From contig OZ024742.1 of the NCBI GenBank assembly GCA_964016885.1, forward strand, positions 89,342,001-89,406,000: a DNA stretch of 64,000 nt. Reading direction: 5' to 3'. Source of the DNA: Eledone cirrhosa (taxonomy: Eukaryota). A program made the position numbers and the translations under genes. Positions 25,737 through 38,848 of this stretch are shown piece after piece. The notes beneath the pieces were generated by a model, which was not told the origin of the DNA, ran no database searches, and saw nothing but the letters and a program-made list of their open reading frames with translations. Position 1 is the stretch's first letter. Each line of letters begins with the position of its first letter.

Positions 25737-28670
25737 ATCCCAAATTGATTTCAAATTGATGTCATCCCCGCGGCCCGTAAAACCATAGTTGCATTTGAAG
25801 ATCAATTATGGACCCGCAAGGATTCACCTAACAACTTCGACATAACTATGGGATCTAGTGAGTCGGCGCAGATCACAGATTTGTTAGGCCTGAAATGAAA
25901 ATCATAAGAATTTACCCTACCTCAATGGTGGTTTCCACCGTGACGATGCACTACTACTTAATGACTATAAAAAAATTAATATAGAAAGAACTAGGAAACA
26001 ATTGCATAAAATGTTTGAAAGCTTCAACTTAAGTATTAGCTTAGATAGAAACACTAAAAACATTAACTTCCTTGATGCTACCTTTGCCTGGACTCTAAAA
26101 TGTATACACCCTTTCATAAACCAAACGAATAACTACTTTATGTAGATACCAACTCTAACCACCCTAAATCTATATTAAACTCAATTACTAAAGTAGTATC
26201 TATTAGAATTTCCACACTAACTTATAATGAAACTATATTTAACAGAAATTCCCAATAATATAATGAAACTTTAGCTCGCTCAGGCCATAAAATAAAATTA
26301 GATTTTTACCTAAAAAATCACCTAGTTACAACATTATTTCTCACAATATGGCCATGAATAAAAGTAATAAATGTACTTACCACTCTAACTCTAGTATGAA
26401 GAGCAATAACAAAGTTAACTCTCGCTAGGATAAACACCCCAATAATAATAATATAAACAGAAATATAAACAATACTTCAAATAACATTACAAAAAGTAAT
26501 TACAAAAATAGAAGAACTAATACATTTTTCAATCCCCTTTCAATCTAAACGTTTCCACCTACTTGCCTAAGGCTTTCTTCTCAATCTTGGAAAGAAACGT
26601 CTCAGTCGACCATAAATACCATAATCTTATCAATAAAAATACCATCAAAATATCTTACTCTACCACACCTAACATCGCGAACCATATAGCTAGTAGTAAT
26701 AAAAGGAAGATTAATAATTATTTCCAACTAATTAAATCGCAACAGGGAGTGAACTTACATAACAACATAGTACCAGAGAATTATAGTAGCAGTAATAATA
26801 ATAGTAATAGCACTAATTAATTTAATAACAATGGGAATTATAATCATCATTACCCAAATGCTCTCCCTAACATCCATGCACCTACACACCCTATTAACCA
26901 GCTAGTAAACAACCAAAATAACTGTAATTGTAGAACAAATAGAAATTGCCCATTGGGAAAAAATTGTTTAATCAAAGGGATCATTTACTCATGCACAGTC
27001 GTTAAAAATAACACTTCGAAAACATATATCAGCTCTACTTCAATCTGCTTCAAGACGAGATATATGCGCATCTTCACACATTCAAAAATCACAATCTAGC
27101 CAACTCCACTTCTTTATCTAACTACATACACTCTCTGAAAACTAGGAATAGACCATAGACACTCCAATGGGAAGTAATAGATAGGGCAACTCGTATAAAC
27201 CACCGAAATGATTATGTAACCTCTGTCTTCAAGAGACTCGCACTATAATCTATTCTAAGCTAAAGCTTTTAAATAGAAAATCAGAAATGTTTTCCACGTG
27301 CCGACACTACCACCGACACTTTTTCCACAAACTCAAACCTAGCTGCTAATATATAACAATGTCATATCTTGATTCCTCACCACCGTTAACACTTTACCTC
27401 TAGGTTTTATCAGCATATAATACCCCCATAGCATCACATTTGTGTATCAACTCATCCCTCCACTTATCTCCTGTTTATCTCAGATCCTATGCTCAATAAT
27501 AATTATAGAGAATAAACAAAAATTTACCACCACTTAATTTAACTACAATACCTTCCTTACCAATATTTCATTCATTCAATTAGTATATGGGTAGGTAGTG
27601 GTAAATTGAGACCTTTGACATATTATATAGAAAACAGATTGTATATAAAATTAAATATTAAAATATTAAAATATGAAAATAAATAGCATTATATAAAAGG
27701 ATTAACTTATAATATAATATAGTGTATATTAACACATAGAATCTAACTAATTGGAGTCATAAACAACTAACACCAGATTATACATTTTTCTCTTATACAC
27801 AAATTAATCAGCAATTACCTCCCCTTTCCCATTAGCTTCCCTTAGTGTAGATCTCTAATCACTTCCTGAAATTAAACCGTTAGACAGATCACTCGAGAAC
27901 AACTCTAACCTTTGATAAGATTGTAGTGAGACCAATACACAATCCATAGTTGTAGCTACTGAGAAATATTTCCTGAAATATAACCAACGTAATGGAAAGG
28001 AAAATCTTGGTATTAACACTCACAACACATATACATTTGAACATTACCGGAACAATTTTAACATTGCATCCACCATAAACTATCATAGAAACTGCTTTTC
28101 ATACCCAGGCATCTCTGTCTGCTTGACATGCGTTTACACCTGTATTGTATTATGTGATACCATTGCCATACTGTGATATATATGCTTAGTAACATTGCTC
28201 GTTTTTCACCTTGTTACTCTGTACATGCATAATACCTCTGCACTCTTTCAATATGTTTGCCTATGTCCCGCTAAAGTCCTCATTTTGCGAGTAACTTTCT
28301 TCTTTAATTCTTCTATAATTATTGTATTATTATTTTATAATCTTTGTCGCATCCAATGATACTAACCACATCACCTTCACTCTTTAAATATGACACCGTT
28401 AGTGACAACAGTAATATCTACGTGTGTGTACGATTGTTCTGTGGAATATGAGATTAATTACATGTGTAAACTTTGCTAATGCTCCGAGGATTCCAAACGA
28501 AAGTTTGGAAGAAAAGATTGTCAGCAACAAAATGTTTTCAACATAGTTTTGATTATTCTGTAATTTATATTCCTGCTCTGTAAGACATCTGATGTATTTA
28601 CATTGAGCTATTTTTCATACTGGTATTAAGATGGCATAAAAAGAATACTGACCTTTCCTGTTGATAATTA
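25737..28670 (+). mobile_element. Naiad-like PLE, 5'-truncated and decayed (RT C-half and GIY-YIG to ~27345, long 3' UTR, HHR)
   Basis: FDITMGSSESAQITDLLG, FHRDDALL, NFLD, SNHP, CNCRTNRNCPL..C, CNLCLQE and CRH motifs. Confidence 0.85.
28480..28526 (+). ncRNA. Hammerhead motif (U4C core) at the Naiad 3' end
   Basis: TGCT-CCGAGGA-TTCCAAAC gaaa GTTTGGAA-GAAA-agattg-TC-AGCA. Confidence 0.65.
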
Positions 28671-30234
28671 TATATAGTGTATATATAAGTATAAATATTA
28701 TTATTATTATTGTTGTTTTTATCTTGTTTCATTATTGTTTCTGAGATATATGCTGAGTGTCTTTCTGACACCTAGGGTAAACAAATACAGCACATTGATT
28801 ATAATTTCAAAAAAATCAATATTCATATATACACATGTGCATATGCATATGTAAATACAAGGAGGGATATCAATCATACGGAGATAGTGCTCTTCTCAAT
28901 ACGTGTGCAGCACCAGTCAAAACAATTTTTGCACCTTTTTTCAGTACGACATCATCAGACAAAATATATGATTTGATACATGACATACCGCTACGATCTT
29001 GATTGTTCAATTCCAGTATTGGCAGTGATTTATTTCATCATATCTCAATGTTTATATACCACAAATAATATGATAAACTTAAATAAGAAAAGGACGTAGA
29101 GAAAATTATATATATGAGAGAGGGTGTAAAGAAGAGGAAAGGCAAGAAAAAAAATTATAATAAATAAATACGTACATAAATAGATAAATGAATAAAAAAT
29201 AAATGGATGAATGAGTAAAAGAAATATATAAAAAAGAAAAGAGGAATAACGACAAAAGAGGGAAGATGTGGGGAAAGTAAAGGGAACAGAGGGGGGTAAA
29301 GAAAATAAAGAAAAATAAAGGAACATCAAAAAGAGCGGGATAGGGAAAGGAACCGTTGTTTTCAAATGCTAGATCAAATAGGACATCCAATCAATTCACG
29401 TAATCAATTGAATATCTTTTGTATTTGATTATGCTTTAGCTAATTATACTTATATATTAAACCAAAAATAATCAGTATAGATTACTTTCTATAGCAATCA
29501 CATATATAGTTTAATTAAGAATTTATATAATTTAATTTAATTCATTATAGATTATTATTTTTAATTTTAAGGTAAGATATTCTATAAATATTTTGTTACA
29601 ACTTTAAAAGAATTAATCTTTAAAGCGTATTTAAATAATTATTAAAGATTTATTAAAATCTAATACCATGCATATATCACCATCAATACATTTAATATAT
29701 TTCGATCATTTATTACCCAAATTCTTTTATTCAATTATTATATTCTCTTTATAAAATCTTACTATTCTTTAATTTTCATTTAATTCCTATGATTAAACTG
29801 CAGTTACATTTAATCTCAAAAGTTGTTACATTTATTAATGATAGGTTATATTTACTACTATATTTACTTATTTTCATATATAGTTTCCTTTTAGTGATTG
29901 TCTATATATTATTAATCTACATATTTCATATCTAATATAATTTAGGAAGCTAGTCAAAAAAAAAAAAAAATTACGGACAATGTAAACAAAAGAAGATAAC
30001 GCATTCACCATATGCAAACATTTATAACATATCTCTACTCTCACGTTCCGCGATATTTCGAAAACCGTAAATCATCTATTGTATATATCATAAATGATGT
30101 CTAGTTACATATTGAACTGACGGAATCAAAACATAGGATAATGAGATTATTCTAAAGATATAAATATCAATAAATTATTACCACAATAAGGCAAAAACTA
30201 TATATATATATAAAATAATTAATTGTCAATATTT

Positions 30235-31140
30235 TTCCGAAACTTGTACATTGCCTGGAAAGTTTTACCAATTTTATGGAAACAACTACTAAATAATTCA
30301 TTTTTTTTGTTGTTGATTAAATTGTCATAATTTGTAATTATCTGTAGAGTCTCAATGTTACAAAGATTGCAATTTTGAGAAATAATTGAGTTCCGATAGA
30401 GGGTAGCATTATTTAATGTTGTGCAAGAGAAGGAGTATTTAATATTATTGTCCTTTAAAGGCCATATTAATTGTGAAAGTGAAGTTGAAAATGACTTATC
30501 TGGTTTACTGAGAGTTGTCTATGATTATACCAACGTTCCTTAAATTTAGATGAAGTGGCACCAGTGTAGTTATATATATTATTATTTGTTTTAATGGTAC
30601 ATTTATATACTATATTACTGTCAAGGCAATTATTTTCTAAAGGACATTCGGTCTTCTTTCTACATTTACATTTCTTCTCAATATTATTTACATTATTATT
30701 TAAATGTGTTCTACTATTATTCATGTTTAAACTATTATTATTGTTATTCCCATTACTAATGTATTGTTATTATTATTGTTTTTATTGCTAATTAAACGTT
30801 GGTTCAAATTAAGATTTTTACTATTTATTTTTGCTATATTTTGAGCAATACTCATAGTTGTTGAATAAGAGTGTTTAACTGTGTGTCTATTGAAGATAGA
30901 ATAATATTTATGTGCCCTAGGGAAGCATTATCCAAAGCTTTAAAAAATAAATGTGCTACAGGTGTTTTAACAGCTAAAGGTGCTTGCGGAGCATACCAAA
31001 TTATAGATCTAGTTCTTATGTTTTCCCCGATTTATGCATCAAGTTGTTGTTTTTATATTTATTTTTATTATGATTACTATGCTTATAATTAATCTTATTT
31101 TCAGTATCTTTTTCTATATACTCAATACTATTGTTATATC
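30235..31140 (-). mobile_element. Naiad-like PLE endonuclease region, decayed; AT-rich 3' UTR probably extends to ~28700
   Basis: KCKCRKKTECPLENNCLDSNIVYKC...YTGATSSKFKERWYNH, CNLCNIE. Confidence 0.8.
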
Positions 31141-31159
31141 GAGCTTTAAAATAAATGAA

Positions 31160-31890
31160 TAAATGCTAATAAATAAGTGCTAATAAACAAGTTACATCTA
31201 GGATGATACAAAATAATACAAAATATGAAAATAAAATAAATAAAAAATGTTTATATGTAAGAAAAGTAAACATAGTAAGATTATTAAAGGTAGTTGTGGT
31301 GTTGGTGGTTAAAATATAGAGATACAAATGTATATACATGAAAATGTTAAATATATTTATGTGTGTATTGGTTATTTTAATAAATTAATTATATAATTAA
31401 TTATTTTATTAATGAATTGCAAGTTATATTAGAAATGATAATAATATGATTAGATAAAATGCAAGAGATGAAATAAATTTAGGGAAAGAAATAGAAAGAT
31501 AGAAAGTGAAAGAGAGACATATATAATATAAAATATAAAAGGTTATGATGTTGGTTCATTGACAGATGATGACAATTATAATAATAATGATGATAATTGG
31601 ATATTATAACAGATCTAAGTGGTACAATTAGAGTTATGGAATAGATCGGATGAATTAAGTTGGTCTAAAGTTATCAAATATGGTCGCCGTTTTATGCCTA
31701 CAGAAAATAGTTCTTTCAATTTTGCTGTTAAGTAGCATGTTGTTGTATTTTAACATTTGGAATAACTCCATATTACAAAGACCACACTGGGACATGCCAA
31801 TTCTATAGGCTATTGCCGTTGATAACTTCATCCAGCTGATTATGTATTCCTGGTTTGCTTTATTGATCTGCCAGATTTTATTGGCAAAAT
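31160..31890 (-). repeat. Inverted copy of the 3' region (~34105-34965) of the adjacent Naiad element
   Basis: Near-identical reverse complement lacking the SINE piece at 34426-34520. Confidence 0.8.
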
Positions 31891-34800
31891 TAGCTAAGTT
31901 AACAAGTATATATTAGATAGAATAATACCACAAATTAAAGAAAAACTAATAATTAACCTCTGGGGTAACACTAACGAAGCAATAGATTGGTTTAGTAAAT
32001 TAGACAATAAATAATATTCCGACTTCATACAATTTGAAGAAAACTACAAAGTATACACTCAATAACATTAACAAGGAAGGACTTAAAATAGTAAAAAAAA
32101 ACTTTAAATATCTGATAGAACCGAAGGTCTATCCCCCTTGTAAACCCACTTTTAATTTGAAGGATCATAAATGCAACTTCGAACATGGCCCTACTATTAG
32201 ATTAATATGTCCATCAAAATCTGATACAGGCAAAATTAGCAAGTATATACAAGCTAGAATAATACCACAAATTAAAGAAAAACTAATTATTAACCACCTC
32301 TGGGGTAACACTAATAAAGAAATAGATTTGTGAAGCAAATTAGACAATAAAGAATCTTCCGACTTCATACAATTTGAAGAAAACTACAAACTCTACACTC
32401 AATAACATTAACAAGGAAGGACTTAAAATAGTAAAAAAAAACTTTAAATATCTGATAGAACCCTTGTAAACCCACTTGTAAAGCCACTTTTAATTTGAAG
32501 GACCATAAATGAAACTTCGAAAATGACCCTACTATTAGATTAATATGTCCATCAAAATCTGATATAGGCAAAATTAGCAAGTATATACTAGATAGAATAA
32601 TACCACAAATTTTTAAAAAATCATAATTAATCTCTGGGGCAACACTAACGAAACAATAGATTGGTTTAGCAAAGTAGACAATAAAGAATCTTCCGACTTC
32701 ATACAATTTGCCATCAATGACTACTACTCTTCTATTTCCTCAGTAACCCTAAATAAGGCATTAACCTTTGCACACAAAAACTCTGACCTACCACTAGAGG
32801 AAATTAAAATAATACTAGCTTCTAGAAGAACAATCATTAGGTTCGATAAGAGTTACTGGGAAAGAAAAAATAGACAAAATAACTTTGATATCACTATGGG
32901 ATCGAACGATTCAGCCCAAGTAACGGACATTGTCGAAATATATATAGCACATATTTTACATAAGGAATGTGATAACCTACAGGGAGAAATTTATAGAGAC
33001 GATACATTACTTTTAGCTAAAAACCTAAATAATCAAAACTTAGGAAGTTTACGGAAATGGATTAGAAAATTATTCAATAAATTAAGCTTTAGCATCACTT
33101 TTGAACTCAACTCTAAAAAAGCTAACTTCTTAGGTGTATCACTTAACCTAAACACTGGATTAATAGAACCCTTCCATAAAAATAATGAAAATCTAGCTTA
33201 CATTAATTATAACTCTAATCACCCTCGCCCCATAATTAACTCCATAGCGCATAGTATATCCCTTAGAATCTCGCGCTTATTTTCTAATCTAGAGATTTTT
33301 AACGAACACACTAACTACTACAACATAGCTTTACTTAAGGCAGGCCATAAAGAGAGACTCAAATACATACCAGATACAAAAAATAACAACAAAATTAACA
33401 GAAATAACACTCTCCACACCTATAGAAGCAACAAATCTAGGACTAAACATAGAAATTGGCAACAAGCACGAGAATTAATTGAACCGAATACTAATATAAA
33501 GACCACTAGAAACTATAGAATATGCAGAGATAGAAAATACTTATGGTTCAATCCAATATGTAACTCTCTATAAAAACAAAACTACCTTATAATTTCTTTA
33601 AATTAGTTGACAAACACTTCCCTAAACTTCATAAATATCATAAAATCTTTAATAGAAAAACTATCAAACTATCTTACTCCACTGCAAACAGAATAGAATC
33701 GCACATACATGAAATTAACTATAAGAGAAATCTCTAATAAAATTAGCCCAGAACACTAAATATAAAACACAAACACATTACATCATCAAAACCAAATACC
33801 CGTCAAAACACGTCACCACAATACATCAACAAACCCAATTCTCAGCACATATATAACAACATACTAAACCATATCGAGGAACCGGCACATAGGATGGCAT
33901 CAAAATGTAACTGTCATCTACCTGATAAATGCCCATTACAAAATAGATGCCTGTAATCAAATATACTGTACCTATGTACTATAAATTCAGGCAATTTAGC
34001 ATGGCACTACATCGGGCCCAAAACGGGGGGGGGGGGGGGGTCAAGAAAAGGTGGCATGTCCACAGACACTCTATAAATAACAGGAAGCTTATGAATACAA
34101 CAACGCTCGCCAATAAAATCTGGCCGATCAAAGATGCACACCAGGAATACAGAATCAGCTGGATGCAGTTATCAACTACAATAGCCTATAGGATTGGCAT
34201 GTCCCACTGTGGTCTTTGTAATATGGAGCTATTCCAAATTTTAAGATACAACAAAATGCTATTTAACAGTAAAATTGAAAAACTATTTTCTGTAGGCATA
34301 AAACGGCGACCAAAGTGGATAACTTTAGACCAACTTAATTCATCCCATCTATTCCTTAACTGTAATTGTACCACTTAGATCTATTATAATATCCAATTAT
34401 CATCATTATTATTATAATTATTATAAGGTTAACTTTGCCTTTCATCATTACCGGGTCGATAAAATAAAGTACCAGTAATGCACTGGGTATTTGCTGGCCT
34501 TGTGCCAAAAGTAGAAAGAATTATTATTATAATTGTCATCATTTGTCAATGAACCAACATCATAACCTATTATATTTTATATTTTATTTTATATATATCT
34601 CTCATTACATTTCACTTTCTATCTTTCTATTTCTCTCCCTAAATTTATTTCATCTCTTGCATTTTATCTTATCATATTATTTTCACTTCTAATATAACTT
34701 GCAATTAATTAATGAAATAATTAATTATATAATTAATTTATTAAAATAACCAATACACACATAAATATATTTAACATTTTCATGTTTATACCTTCGTATC

Positions 34801-35520
34801 TCTATATTTTAACCACCAACACCACAACTACTCTCAATAATCTTACTGTGTTTATTTTCTTCGCACATATAAATATTTTTTATTTATTTATTTTCATATT
34901 TTGTATTATTTTGTATCATCCTAGATGTAACTTGTTTATTAGCACTTATTTATTAGCATTTATTCAATTATTGTTGATATCATTATTTTTCCCTTTATTT
35001 TTATTTTTATTTTTATTTACCTTTATTTCTTCTTTATCCTTTTCTCTTCTCTTTCTATCCTCTTTTCTCTGTCTTTTTCTTTTTTCCGTTCTCCTTTTTC
35101 TTTCTTCTCTTTATCTTTCTTTCGCTTTTCTCTCTCTATCTTTATTATTAATATTATTAATGATGCTGTAATTTGAATTCGTAAAGATAGTGGAAATATA
35201 ACAGTTATCTCCGATGATCTAGTTAAGCTAACAACGTATTTAAAATTGAGTAGCACTGCTTCAAGTGTTCAGCAATATTTAGACAACTTAATCAGTGAAA
35301 CAATTGTCAGACTGTAAATAAACCCTTTTTTGTAATGTTGACCATCTGGTTCTTCACTCTTTCAATATTATTACTCCAGGATAAAATAACATAGGAATAC
35401 AAGAGAACTCATAAACTCGCCACCTACGTAAACCTCTTGTTGAGTCAAATAACGCCGTGCGCTAAACTATCCATAATACGAAGTATTCACAGCCACTACC
35501 TGGATTACCTATAACGATAT
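31890..35520 (+). mobile_element. Naiad-like PLE, 5'-truncated and decayed, with internal ~340-bp duplications
   Basis: LKDHK...IRLICPSKSD.GKISK, FDITMGSNDSAQVTD, YRDD, SNHP, CNC..CPL, CGLCNME; ORFs 32896-33573 and 33947-34378. Confidence 0.85.
35201..35315 (+). ncRNA. Hammerhead motif (U4C core, extended stem II)
   Basis: ACAG..TCT-CCGATGA-tctagTTAAG...CTTAAtcagt-GAAA-CAATTG-TC-AGACTGT. Confidence 0.6.
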
Positions 35521-35554
35521 TTTGTTATCTGTAATATATATATATATATATATA

Positions 35555-35976
35555 TATCCCCTCCCCACCCCTCTGACCTCTCCTCATCCACACACGCACA
35601 CACACCGACCTACACCGACCCATACAGACCTTTTCCTGAACATGCAACCTCGTTCTTCCCCCAACTCTCACGTTCACATACACGCACACGTACACCTACA
35701 CACACACACCACCTTCAGCCCTCCCCGCTCGGACACCCCGCCTCCTTCTCCCCACTCAACCCGCCACCACCCCTACACGCCCCACACCCTTCCACCACTT
35801 GTTTATCTTCATGTTTAGTTTTATTTTTATTATTTTTTATATTTATTTTCATTTGTACCCTTCCACCGTTTCCTCTCACCCCCTTTTTTCTAAATGTCTC
35901 TCCCCCACTCCCTTACACATCGTTGGAACTCTCTTCCCACACACTTTTCGCCTGAAGAAGGGCTTATACCCAAACG

Positions 35977-35977
<1 letters not shown>
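35555..35977 (+). mobile_element. Solo 3' fragment of the Neptune-like PLE with damaged HHR
   Basis: Homologous to 250-715; CCTGAAGAAGGGCTTATACCCAAACGT. Confidence 0.7.
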
Positions 35978-36016
<39 letters not shown>

Positions 36017-36233
36017 ATTATATATATATATATATATTGTTATACTTGGGGAGGTTCATATTTTTGTAATAATGTTGCCAAAATTAATAACAGAACACAC
36101 TCACTGTTTGGTTGGTTTCCGCTTCTGTATCTTTTATATCAGTTAATTTATTCGGTCCTCAATGTTTACCATTGACTGACCAACGGTAAAAAAATACATA
36201 TATAATATAGACACAAACACATATATATAGTCT

Positions 36234-36275
36234 AACAAAGTCCTTTCGTTGCACATCTGCAACATCGTCAGTGGT
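36234..36275 (-). ncRNA. Minimal hammerhead in pLTR
   Basis: Minus strand: ACCA-CTGACGA-t-GTTGCA gatg TGCAAC-GAAA-GGAC-TT-TGTT. Confidence 0.7.
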
Positions 36276-38129
36276 GCTATTATTACGTTCCTCCTGTTTT
36301 ATTGTATATCTACGCCATCTTTATTTAATCTCTTTATTTATTTATTTATTTTTGTCTTCTCTGCGCTTGCGTTTGCGTGTATGTATAGTGTTTCGTGTGT
36401 GTTCGCGTTTAGGTAACTGTCTTTTGGTTATTGTATTCTATCTTAGTTTACTAGTGTGTGTTTATATGTGTTTGTTGTTATTGTGCTTGTGTATATATTT
36501 ATTTATTTATTTATATTTCTCTTAGGTCAGTATTCTTTGTTTGGGTGTTGTTATTCCATTCATTTTTTCTGTTTAGCTTTGGCCTTCTAAGTTCTATTTC
36601 ACTGGCCTCTCTGATTTGCCTATCTGCTGAGTCATTTCTATGTTTAGATATTATTTTAATTTCTATGTTGTCTATGTTACCGTCATGTTGTTGTCTGGCA
36701 TGTTCGTATAGTACTGAACCGTCTTTTCGTCCTTTTAGTTCCCCCCAGTGTTGGTCTATCATTTCACCTATGCTACGAGCTGTCTCGCCTATGTATGTTG
36801 TTGTTATGTTTCTGCAAGTACCCTCTGTACATCTTATGCTATAGACTACGTTTCTAGTTTTACAGTTTATCCGGGAGGTTACTTTACATATAATACATTT
36901 CCTATTAGTACAGTGGGTTTTCTTAAAAGGGTATATTTTGCTGATCAGGGATTTTATGGTAGTTCCTGGCTTTTCTACCACCTTAATCTTTAAGAGGGTC
37001 TTTCTCAGGGCCTTTCTACACTGGTTAGCTAATTTCCTTCCAGGGGTAGTGTCCACGAATATGACACTTTGGTATCTCTGGTTGTCGGAGTATGAGGTGG
37101 CTTTCCTTATCTCATGTATAGTCTAATCTAAGCTATTCCATGATTTGCTCCTGTATAATGGGCAAATTCCTTTCATTCCAGTACTATGAGGGTCTTATAC
37201 TTCTCCGCGGCTCCTTCGTATACTCTGATTCTGTCTCTTTGGTTGTATCCAGTGAACTGCATGCAGTTGATGATGTGTTGGATGTGTCTTTCCATTTCTG
37301 TTGGATTGCACATGCGGGACACGTTCTTCATCACTCGTACCAAGTCTGCGATCACAATATTAAACTTAGCACTACTGGACATTGCTGAGTTTTTGAGTAT
37401 CAGGGGGCCATGGGTTTAGCGTAGTGTGAGTGGAGAATTTAGGCCCTCTCGTCTAGTGTTAATCCAGACTTCCGTGTCGAATAGAGGTAGTCTACTGATA
37501 GAGTGTTTGGAAGGGTAGTCGATAGTTACAGTTATACTCTGGTGTATGAAATTAGCTATCTGCTGGATGCATTCCATTGTGCTACATTCTAAATCATACT
37601 TGTTAGTACTCTCTTGTGGGAGTGTCCTTATTACTATATTAATGTCGTCTACGTAACGAGAGTACATGATGAGGTCTATGCAGCCCTCATCAAGGAGTTC
37701 TCTGACTCTCCTTTTTCACCATACCATAAAAAGGTTGGCAACGTCACCAGCGAAGCTGTCGCCAATGGCTGCTCCCTCATTTTGGGTGTAGATCTTCTCG
37801 TTGAATTTGAATATGTGGCCTTTTAGGGTAGTTTTAATACTAGCCCCTATTGCATGTGAGACCATTTTTCTTATCTGATCGTTGTTTTGGGGGTCCGTAT
37901 GACTTTGGTCCAGCCAATCCAACTACCCATGTGAGTCCTTTTTGCCATTGAGGTTATGGGGGGTCTACCTCTTATGGGTCTACTGGGGCAGAAACGGCTA
38001 ATCTCATGGCTGTCTAGGTAGTCAGTGTCATAGGTAAGTCTAAGTAGGAGGCCCAGTTCGTCTGTGTCAACGTCGCAGAACTCCACCTCACTCTCACTGA
38101 TCATCTCCACACATTTTTCCACAGCAAAA

Positions 38130-38848
38130 TCTAAACTATAATAAAGGAAGGTCTGCGGGACTGCGTACGGTTTATTTTTTTTTTATCCCCTTTGTAAAAT
38201 AAGTTGGATTATTTTGAATAAATAATTGTTTCTACTTTAGGCACAAGGCCAGCAATTACCCAGTTCATTACTGGTACTTTATTTTATCGACCCCGTAAGG
38301 ATGAAAGGCAAAGTCAATCTCGGCGGGATTTGAACTCAGATCGTAAAGGGACGTAACTATGCTGGAAAGCATGGCGTCCGACCCTCCACCGATACTGCCA
38401 ATCCACCGCCTTTTGAATAAATAATGAATGAATATTACATAACTTATCTACTAAATTTCGTAAACAATAATAATTTCGTAAATATAAATAATTTAAAATT
38501 GTCTTCTTTTCAAAGTTGCACTTCCGGTATGTCGTTGCCACCACCACCACTTCAACTACCATATATATATACTTCCGGTGGCGATCGCTTAAATAAACAT
38601 ACTATTTTTCTGTCACTTATTTTCTCCTAATGCAGTTTATATATAAATATCGTCTTCTTTTAATGTTTCATGGTTTACGTTACTGATTACATAAGACAAT
38701 GTAGCACAGTCTTCTTTCAATTTCTGTGTTTATTGTCAATTACGATTTTATTTGATCATATCTACATGCATATATACTTGCGTATAATATCAATATACAC
38801 ACTACACATGCTAACAGAAAACCAGCCTTCGGCTGGTTTTTCTGCTAT
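38130..38848 (+). mobile_element. Non-autonomous Helitron inserted at A|T inside the PLE RT
   Basis: 5' TC; 3' hairpin AAAACCAGCC-TTC-GGCTGGTTTT then CTAT (CTAG in the 62345 copy); removing it restores the RT frame SLYPSIKIDFAVEK. Confidence 0.75.
38227..38410 (-). mobile_element. Full-length SINE with 15-bp target-site duplication
   Basis: TTTTGAATAAATAAT at 38212-38226 and 38411-38425. Confidence 0.88.

Noticed and set aside
25737-27345. Selenocysteine-encoding Naiad (in-frame TGA near 27209)
   Set aside because: The TGA is not at a conserved Cys position, the copy is full of stops and frameshifts, the intact EN at 43384-44532 uses normal Cys codons, and no SECIS was recognised
28795-28965. 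CTGATGA ... GAAA-TTATAA-TC on the minus strand
   Set aside because: Stem I strands do not pair and stem II is undefined
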